Shown here: piece by piece, positions 54,969-61,148 of the stretch
Layout: each line of letters opens with the position of its first letter
Position numbering within the stretch: the stretch's first letter is position 1
Assembly: GCA_002373615.1 (NCBI GenBank)
Contig: DFKU01000050.1
Location: 1-61,148 of the forward strand
Source of the DNA: Alphaproteobacteria bacterium UBA3637
GTDB lineage: Bacteria > Pseudomonadota > Alphaproteobacteria > CAAHEQ01 > UBA3637
Length of the DNA stretch: 61,148 nt
Direction of reading: 5' to 3'
Program-made: the position numbers and the translations under genes
The notes under the pieces: model-generated
The model's input: the letters and a program-made list of their open reading frames with translations, nothing else
Told to the model about the DNA's origin: nothing
Database searches by the model: none

Positions 54969-55805
54969 CTATTTATTTTTATCATCACCCAAACCATAGT
55001 TTTCAATTTCTGACGGTGTATTATTTTCACCGGCAGCGTTTTGAGGTGTCATTGGCTCAGGCCCTGATTGTAAAGCAGATTCATCGATTATTGCTTGCGT
55101 TGGAATTTTTGTTGTATCTATATCAGCTTCCATTGTTTCTGCACGAGCACGAACACGCGCAGCGATAACACGCTTACGTAATACCATCAAAGCATCCAAG
55201 ATCAAACGACGTGTCGCAACTGTACTGGCCGCATCGCTATAATCAGTATAACTGCCAGAAGAAACCTTCTCTGCAATGGCAGCCAATTCTGCATATGTCT
55301 TTTTCATGACCAAAGCGTCCGTCATGGCCTGAATAGCACGTTGCTGTGCACGATATTCAATCGCCCATTTATCTGCAGACAATTCATCCAAAGATGCCTG
55401 TCCTTTCATGATTTCCCTTGTTCTTAAATCTGCCAATTTCCCAATAGAGGTTTCTTGAATTTTAATATCTGATGGATAGGCGCCAAATTCCGCAGGAATA
55501 TCCGTCACGGATGAAGCAACTGCATTTAATACAAGTTTAGTTGAAATAGAACCTTTGTCACCAGTATAAGCTCCACCACAGCCACCTGAACGACCCTGTT
55601 CCCCTTCAAAAACCAATTTGGCTGTCAACTTCTGGTCATCTGTAAGAAAGTATTTAACAGCTGTAGATAACCCACGTCCGATGGCTCCAAATACATCAAA
55701 ACTGAGATAAGAAAACCGTTGTGCACAAACACCCGCCGCTTGAGCCCGAAACGTTCCTAAGATTAATCCCAATGAAATTAAAGCGATAAAAAATGTCTTT
55801 TTCAT
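54969..55805 (-). CDS. Secreted helical protein (278 aa), T4SS-operon associated (VirB5/TrbJ-like size and architecture)
   Basis: Signal peptide MKKTFFIALISLGLILGTFRAQA and a helical C-terminal half. Confidence 0.5.
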   Translation of the reverse strand: MKKTFFIALISLGLILGTFRAQAAGVCAQRFSYLSFDVFGAIGRGLSTAVKYFLTDDQKLTAKLVFEGEQGRSGGCGGAYTGDKGSISTKLVLNAVASSVTDIPAEFGAYPSDIKIQETSIGKLADLRTREIMKGQASLDELSADKWAIEYRAQQRAIQAMTDALVMKKTYAELAAIAEKVSSGSYTDYSDAASTVATRRLILDALMVLRKRVIAARVRARAETMEADIDTTKIPTQAIIDESALQSGPEPMTPQNAAGENNTPSEIENYGLGDDKNK

Positions 55806-55807
55806 AT

Positions 55808-56659
55808 CTATTTCCTTTCTGCACTGGTCGGTTTTGCTTCATTCATTAATTCAATAGGTTGACCGGATAAGAAATGAATTGCATCTGCCTCCATCATTTC
55901 AATTTGTAAAGCCAAGTCCACCAATGCCATTTTTACCATTTGTTCCAATGTATGGGCATCCACTGCAATAGATCCCAATTCCCCATCCCCTGACACAGCC
56001 GCAGAAGAAATACTTTCCAAATCATTTTGGATATACCCTTTGACACGATATCCCAACGAGATATGGCGACCCGCTGCTTCTTGAGTATACTTATTTCTTT
56101 GAGCACGAATTTTATTTTTATACTCTGTCGTTTTTTGTTCGGATTTTGTTGGGTCGGCAAAAAATTCCGTTTTTACTGCTGTTCTTATATTTGCACGGAC
56201 AGTTTCATTGTTTTTAGCAGAAGCAAGAGCCGTTTTTAAGGGCGAATATCCCACATTTCCTTCATTTGCCAAAATTTCCGCATTCACATAATCAAAGGCA
56301 GAACCAGAAAATTCAGAACCCGCAACTGAACCGGGGTTTAATTGTTCAGTGGTTGTATTCGTTGTTGCCGCAGATCCCCCCGCGCCACAGGCCTTTTGAT
56401 TATCCTCTTCCTGAGTAGCAATTAATTGGGCTTTAGATTCCCCATCCCCTGTTAAGGAAATAATGCCGGCAATAAGCCCTGTAATACTACGCACACTGTC
56501 TGTCGTCACATAAGGTTCTATCGGTACTGCTACAGCACCACACAAAGGAGTTTCACATGGACATTTAGCACTATATCCATTAGGAAGAAATGCCATTACC
56601 TCCTTGACCAAAAAAACACATCCTGCAAACGTTCCCAATAAAATCAGACTTTTTTTCAT
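55808..56659 (-). CDS. Secreted protein (283 aa), T4SS-operon associated
   Basis: The ATG at 56659 has RBS GGAGG. Signal peptide MKKSLILLGTFAGCVFLVKEVMA. Helical C-terminus ...LEQMVKMALVDLALQIEMMEAD. Confidence 0.5.
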   Translation of the reverse strand: MKKSLILLGTFAGCVFLVKEVMAFLPNGYSAKCPCETPLCGAVAVPIEPYVTTDSVRSITGLIAGIISLTGDGESKAQLIATQEEDNQKACGAGGSAATTNTTTEQLNPGSVAGSEFSGSAFDYVNAEILANEGNVGYSPLKTALASAKNNETVRANIRTAVKTEFFADPTKSEQKTTEYKNKIRAQRNKYTQEAAGRHISLGYRVKGYIQNDLESISSAAVSGDGELGSIAVDAHTLEQMVKMALVDLALQIEMMEADAIHFLSGQPIELMNEAKPTSAERK

Positions 56660-56660
56660 C

Positions 56661-57509
56661 TTATTCCTCCGTTTCATCAGACCCATCTATCAAAACAGGT
56701 CCTGTTTCGTTGATAATGCGCAGCCCTGACGCTTCCAAATCGCGCCCCATCAAGGCATTGACATCATTGATTTGACGATGCGTATCTAACACAATATCTG
56801 CCATACGATTATACAGTCCCGTCGGCGAGGTTTGTTTGTTGAAATTTTCAGCCAATTTTTCAAAGTGCTTCTCCAGAGATAGCGTTTCTTTATCGGTTGT
56901 TTTGGTATTTTCTTTTGATTTTTCATCTTCTGATTCTTCTGCGGTGGTTTGACTGTCTTTGGCATCTTGTTTAGCAGACATATTTAAAACCTTATCGGCC
57001 GTTGCAGAAGCCAAAGTAACCGATGCCAACAACCATTCATTTTGACGTTGCGTTGCACAACTTTTATCATCCAAATCGCAGTCCCCTTTTATCGCTGCAT
57101 CGGGTGTTTCAAATAAATATTCTTGTACAGCTTGACGCGTATTTTCAAATATTTTCTCATCAGAAACCTTTGTCAATTCTATTTGAGCTATCACCTGATC
57201 TGCGGTATACACAGTTGCCAATGATGAATCCCCAGAAGTTCCAGAGCTCCCCGAAGATCCTCCCCCTGAGCCCCCACCTAAAGCTTTCTCTAATTGTTTA
57301 ATGGCTTCACCGGCTTTGACGGTACGCTCCCCCAATTTTTCGCTGGTAACCCATGCATCCGCTCCTGTCGCTAGGGTCATTGCAGGGTCAATCCAGGCAT
57401 GCCAAAGCCAAGGAAAAGTTAAATTTTGGTTTCCTATGATAGGGAAGGAAAAAGCAGGCAAAGAAATAACCGCCACAATACCAGCCAAAACAATATTTGA
57501 TTTTTTCAT
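56661..57509 (-). CDS. Secreted protein (282 aa), T4SS-operon associated
   Basis: The ATG at 57509 lies 8 nt after AAGGAGG. Signal peptide MKKSNIVLAGIVAVISLPAFS, a Gly/Ser linker and acidic helical regions. Confidence 0.5.
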   Translation of the reverse strand: MKKSNIVLAGIVAVISLPAFSFPIIGNQNLTFPWLWHAWIDPAMTLATGADAWVTSEKLGERTVKAGEAIKQLEKALGGGSGGGSSGSSGTSGDSSLATVYTADQVIAQIELTKVSDEKIFENTRQAVQEYLFETPDAAIKGDCDLDDKSCATQRQNEWLLASVTLASATADKVLNMSAKQDAKDSQTTAEESEDEKSKENTKTTDKETLSLEKHFEKLAENFNKQTSPTGLYNRMADIVLDTHRQINDVNALMGRDLEASGLRIINETGPVLIDGSDETEE

Positions 57510-57522
57510 TATCATTGCCTCC

Positions 57523-58581
57523 TTAATCTGTTAACTCTGCTGTATCAGGGATTGCTCTGGCCGCTTCAATTGTTAGAACGGATCCTTGTAACATATTCCC
57601 TTGATTCAGGCGTTGCGCCAATTCCAAATTCATCATAGCCACAATTTTCATGGCCGCCACAGTATTCACCCCGGTTCCAATTATGGTACTCAAATCTTGA
57701 ACAGCGATTTTATTGGCTTCCCCATTTGTTGCAACTGCTATTAATTTTTTTCTTGTTTTGTCTCTTTCATCCTCTGACAAAGAGCTACTTTCATCATCTT
57801 CCATGGCTTGCTGCACAGATTTCAGACCCAATTCCGCATGGGCAATACCCGCCGTACCATAATTTTGTTCATTTTGTATTTGGCGTATAGCAACTTGGTC
57901 GCGTTCTTCTGAAGTCATGCTGTCATATTTTGAACAAACAGAATATTTTGCAGCACATGACCCTGCCCCCGGTATTTCATCGGAATCTTCCGTTGTTGAA
58001 GAAGCATTACTTTTTGATTGTAACCATTCCAAATCTTCTAAAATCTTTTCACGTGTTTCATCTGTGACAATTTCAGTCACCAAGGTTCCGACCCCAACGG
58101 CTTCGATCCCTACATTTTTAAGAGCCGCTGCCTGAAAAGGTAATTTTTGAAACATTGAATCATATTTGGTTCCGCCAGGACTCCCCTTATTTCCCGCACC
58201 ATTACTTTTGGCCGCCTTTTGATATTCATCCTGAGGTTTTGGTTTCCATTTTGTTGTCACATCTTTCATCGAATTTAAAACCATATATTCTGCTGTCAGT
58301 TGCGCGGGATCTATGTTGATAGCGGGAACATGTGGGGTTCCGATAGAAACGTAATATTCAGGAGGCTTAACGAACGAAATAACTGCCCCCAAAGCTCCCA
58401 AAGCAATTCCCGCATAGGGGCTGATGGTTGAAGCAGCCGTTCCTGCCGCTGTTTGGGCAACACCACCGGCAATCATACCCAGCGTACCGGTCTGACCAAA
58501 GGCTGTTGTCGAAATAATGGTACCAGCCATCAGCCCAACCATTAACGTTTCTTTGAATATATTCATACAAGATCTTTTCAT
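57523..58581 (-). CDS. Secreted/membrane-associated protein (352 aa), T4SS-operon associated
   Basis: RBS AAGGAGG. N-terminal signal-like segment, then a Gly/Ala-rich hydrophobic stretch (GMIAGGVAQTAAGTAAST...GIALGALGAVISFV). Helical C-terminus. Confidence 0.5.
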   Translation of the reverse strand: MKRSCMNIFKETLMVGLMAGTIISTTAFGQTGTLGMIAGGVAQTAAGTAASTISPYAGIALGALGAVISFVKPPEYYVSIGTPHVPAINIDPAQLTAEYMVLNSMKDVTTKWKPKPQDEYQKAAKSNGAGNKGSPGGTKYDSMFQKLPFQAAALKNVGIEAVGVGTLVTEIVTDETREKILEDLEWLQSKSNASSTTEDSDEIPGAGSCAAKYSVCSKYDSMTSEERDQVAIRQIQNEQNYGTAGIAHAELGLKSVQQAMEDDESSSLSEDERDKTRKKLIAVATNGEANKIAVQDLSTIIGTGVNTVAAMKIVAMMNLELAQRLNQGNMLQGSVLTIEAARAIPDTAELTD

Positions 58582-58592
58582 GTTCAGCCTCC

Positions 58593-60557
58593 TTATTGTG
58601 ATTCCCCCGGACGAATTGTAATACTTGGCGCCGGAGAACTGGGTTCGCTTGGGGTTGTTGTTTTTTCATCAATCGCATTTAAATTGACCGCCCCTTGCAA
58701 TCCTAATTGAACTGCTGATAAGGCCGCCCCGCGTGTGATTTCAAATAAAACAAGACGATCTGCATCCGTGATTGCACTGATGCCACCTAAACTGCCTTGA
58801 GCCCCATCAACTGCATCTTTAAACGCTTGTGCCCGATCATAGAATGTAGATGATATTGCATTTGATCCTTCCCCAATTTGGGTGGCAGCTGTCGCCCATT
58901 CTCCCAACAGTAAGGCTCTGCGTTTTCTGATTTCTTTTTGTTCATTTGTTGTTAATACATCCGCTGAGGGGGTGGAGGTCACTTGACCGGTCCCCGCTGA
59001 TTGCCCCCCTGAGGTTCCGGCAGACATAGAAATCGCAGGCGTCGATGTATTTTCTTTTGGTTTTTCTATATCTTTTGACAACAAGCTGATGTCAATTTTC
59101 CCCATATTTAACAAAGCAATTAAAGAATTTGCCGCCCCCGAAATCGTTGTGGCAGAAATAGGAGTATCGGGTTGCACCGTAGATGCCCCGGAAATAGGGG
59201 TACCTTGAGATTCACCCATAGGCTCTGCTCCTACTATTCTGACTTTTTTGGTGGCATCATCATGTTTATTGCCTTCCACAGCCTCCATAATAATCAAAAC
59301 GTACTGTGGCACATTGGATACACTGACGGGCGCCCAAAGACTTCCGGGCTCGGGAACTCCGCCAGCCCCACCTTCTCCACCTTCTGACGCATTTGGTTTT
59401 ATAGGCGTATCGGATTTTGCCTCTGGTGTATCTCCCATCGGTTGCAAATCTTTTGCTGGCACGGTTTGAGGTCCTGATTCACCTTGGATAGTCACATTAC
59501 CTTTGCCATCTGTACCTATCACCTGGACCGCAGTTCCATCATAACGAACCATATCCCCAACCTGTGGGTTCATAGGTGCTGTTGATGGAGTTGTTGCACC
59601 AGCTAAATCAGTTGAGTTTGAGGGAAAACGAGCCTGTGAAACATCATATTCATTAGCTACTCCACTACCGTCCGCATATCGAAAAGTCCCATCTGACATT
59701 TTATTGATAGTTGTTCCGTATTCTGTTGTCTTTGTATCCACAACAGTGGGAACAGTGGAACCACCAGCGGTACTACCAGCAGAGGCAGAAGTGGATGAAG
59801 CAGGAGCACCAGTCGGCTGCCAACCTTTTTCACTCCCCAAGTACACCAGCGTTTCATCAGTAGTATACTCACCAATTTCTGGAGACGAAGGAGTTGTTGT
59901 GGCTGAACCGCCACCAGCGCCAGCAGCAGAGGCAGGTGCAGAAGTGGATGAAGCAGGAGCGCCAGTCGGCTGCCAACCTTTTTCACTCCCCAAGTACACC
60001 TGCGTTCCATCAGTAGTATACTCACCAATTTCTGGAAACGAAGGAGTTGTTGTGGCTGAACCGGCAGTAGGGGTAGAGGCAGGTATAGGAGCGGGTGAAG
60101 TTTTTGTGGCTACATAACCAGGATCAGGAGCCCTATCAGCAAACGTACCACCACCAACAGCAGGGGTAGATGTAGTAGTGGATGAAGTAGTTGTGGCTGA
60201 ACCGGTCGTGCTAGTAGTAGTGGTAGCAGCAGTAGAGGCGGGCGCAGAAGTGGATGAAGCAACTGCAGCAGAACTCGCTTGTTGTGTTGTCATCCCTTGT
60301 GGCACTTGCCCCCAGTTTTTTCCATACCAAACAAAGTCAGTCGATTGGTTTCCTGAACTCACGGTTACCACTTGACCAACATGATCCCCACTAAAAGACG
60401 GCGCAGAAGGAGTGTTGACCTGAATTCCTCTAATACGAGCATTCGTCTCAGTTACAAAAGGATTTCCACTATAACCAGGAATGGGCGTTGCTCCATATCC
60501 AGCCCCAGACACCAACACTGTTCCCAACAATAAAACTTTTAAGAGATTTTTATGCAT
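58593..60557 (-). CDS. Secreted Ser/Thr/Ala-rich (mucin-like) protein with small beta modules, first gene of the T4SS operon
   Basis: The real start is the ATG at 60557 (RBS AAGGGGGA), with signal peptide MHKNLLKVLLLGTVLVSGAGYG. The upstream 'MPRQARHD...' extension in the ORF track is MITE sequence. Repeated IGEYTTD.T.VYLGSEKGWQPTG modules are separated by STA-rich linkers. Confidence 0.65.
   Translation of the reverse strand: MHKNLLKVLLLGTVLVSGAGYGATPIPGYSGNPFVTETNARIRGIQVNTPSAPSFSGDHVGQVVTVSSGNQSTDFVWYGKNWGQVPQGMTTQQASSAAVASSTSAPASTAATTTTSTTGSATTTSSTTTSTPAVGGGTFADRAPDPGYVATKTSPAPIPASTPTAGSATTTPSFPEIGEYTTDGTQVYLGSEKGWQPTGAPASSTSAPASAAGAGGGSATTTPSSPEIGEYTTDETLVYLGSEKGWQPTGAPASSTSASAGSTAGGSTVPTVVDTKTTEYGTTINKMSDGTFRYADGSGVANEYDVSQARFPSNSTDLAGATTPSTAPMNPQVGDMVRYDGTAVQVIGTDGKGNVTIQGESGPQTVPAKDLQPMGDTPEAKSDTPIKPNASEGGEGGAGGVPEPGSLWAPVSVSNVPQYVLIIMEAVEGNKHDDATKKVRIVGAEPMGESQGTPISGASTVQPDTPISATTISGAANSLIALLNMGKIDISLLSKDIEKPKENTSTPAISMSAGTSGGQSAGTGQVTSTPSADVLTTNEQKEIRKRRALLLGEWATAATQIGEGSNAISSTFYDRAQAFKDAVDGAQGSLGGISAITDADRLVLFEITRGAALSAVQLGLQGAVNLNAIDEKTTTPSEPSSPAPSITIRPGESQ
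59785..60063. repeat. 153-bp (51-codon) tandem direct repeat, about 1.8 copies, inside 58593..60557
   Basis: GCAGAAGTGGATGAAGCAGGAGC[A/G]CCAGTCGGCTGCCAACCTTTTTCACTCCCCAAGTACACC... recurs with offset 153 (59785 vs 59938). Confidence 0.8.
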
Positions 60558-60647
60558 AAATTCCCCCTTTTTATAAGTATACTTATCCACAGAGTACAGG
60601 GAAAAATGGTGGATGTCAAGGAATTTTTTATGTTTTAAAAAAAATGC

Positions 60648-60748
60648 GTCATTGTCATGCCTCGCTTGACGGGGCATCTTTTGATGAGATTCCCGCTCTC
60701 GCTATCGCTCGGCAGGAATGACAGAGTGGGGAAAGCGACAGGAATGAC
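60648..60748. mobile_element. Palindromic MITE-like repeat (about 1.5 copies) between uvrA and the T4SS operon
   Basis: GTCATGCCTCGCTTGACGGGGCATC-TTTTGATGAGAT-TCCCGCTCTCGCTATCGCTCGGCAGGAATGAC, plus an extra ...GACAGGAATGAC. Confidence 0.6.
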
Positions 60749-60756
60749 AGTATTTT

Positions 60757-61148
60757 TTATTTCTTCAAAATCTTTTTCAGGTATTTTCCCGTAAAACTGG
60801 CCGGAACTTTGGCAATCTCTTCGGGCGTGCCGGTGGCCACAATATTGCCCCCTGCATCACCGCCTTCGGGTCCAATGTCAATGACATAATCCGCCGATTT
60901 AATCACATCCAAGTTATGTTCAATAATCATAACGGTATTGCCTGCATTCACCAACATTTGAAGCACATCCAACAGCTTTTGAATATCTGCAAAATGAAGT
61001 CCCGTCGTCGGCTCATCCAAAATATAGAGGGTCTTACCCGTGGATTTCTTCGCGAGTTCCTTGGCAAGTTTGATGCGCTGCGCTTCGCCCCCCGACAAAG
61101 TCACCGCCGATTGCCCCAGCGCAATATAGCCCAAGCCCACACGGCGCA
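60757..61148 (-). CDS. uvrA: Excinuclease ABC subunit A, C-terminal part (gene continues beyond the window)
   Basis: [15 protein letters not shown]...[23 protein letters not shown]...[28 protein letters not shown] is the UvrA second ABC module. Confidence 0.93.
   Translation of the reverse strand, partial: RRVGLGYIALGQSAVTLSGGEAQRIKLAKELAKKSTGKTLYILDEPTTGLHFADIQKLLDVLQMLVNAGNTVMIIEHNLDVIKSADYVIDIGPEGGDAGGNIVATGTPEEIAKVPASFTGKYLKKILKK

Noticed and set aside
14805-60748. The four GTCAT...ATGAC repeats as a CRISPR array or an integron attC series.
   Set aside because: The copies are tens of kb apart and in both orientations, with no regular spacers and no cas or intI genes.

Overview
This is a 61-kb chromosomal window. 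It most likely comes from a host-associated alphaproteobacterium of the Rickettsiales/Holosporales type. That placement is an inference from alphaproteobacterial-looking DnaK/DnaJ, a HemY-like Zn-ribbon protein, and an rvh-like virB8-virB7-virB8-virB9-virB10-virB11 gene order.

The housekeeping genes are typA, an ABC exporter, ampG-like, ftsB-like, a PAS-GGDEF protein, dnaK-dnaJ, htpX-lemA, hemY-like, ppiD-like, glgB-glgX, tRNA-Glu, endonuclease I, NUDIX, HAD, a U32 peptidase and the uvrA 3' end. Three accessory themes interrupt them.

1. Prepilin-like modular proteins. Three paralogous genes (259-1584, 2345-3526, 24418-25734) and one decayed copy (14775-15064) encode proteins with a prepilin-type N-terminus (ESG|RS[ML][IV]E + hydrophobic helix). 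This is followed by a conserved ~150-aa head, a Cys-rich spacer and a different C-terminal module in each. Each intact copy sits behind its own near-consensus promoter, a ~150-215 nt structured leader and an intrinsic terminator. A fourth copy of this leader precedes a SLOG/DUF1273 gene. I do not recognise the leader as a known RNA class. Compensatory base changes between copies suggest a cis-regulatory RNA (riboswitch or attenuator).

2. An AT-rich island next to tRNA-Glu (about 26.1-36.2 kb). It has a 27-bp duplication of the tRNA 3' end and an IS5-like remnant. It also holds an XRE gene followed by eight translationally coupled genes, seven of them glycosyltransferase (GT) genes, that share a recurring C-terminal 'junction' peptide. 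An orphan phage tail-fibre gene pair completes it.

3. A ~19-kb minus-strand operon (60557 down to 41514) encoding a partial type IV secretion system (T4SS). Its unusual features:
- a 2163-aa VirB10 with a ~1450-aa short-repeat insertion
- a VirB9-SPOR fusion
- duplicated VirB8 genes flanking a VirB7-like lipoprotein
- six upstream signal-peptide proteins that seem to share a C-terminal helical module
- a catalytically degenerate dUTPase-fold gene
- an SH3-like gene

Palindromic MITE-like elements (GTCAT...ATGAC) occur at four sites. Two of them are in frame inside prepilin leader peptides. I saw no CRISPR array, rRNA or intact transposase.
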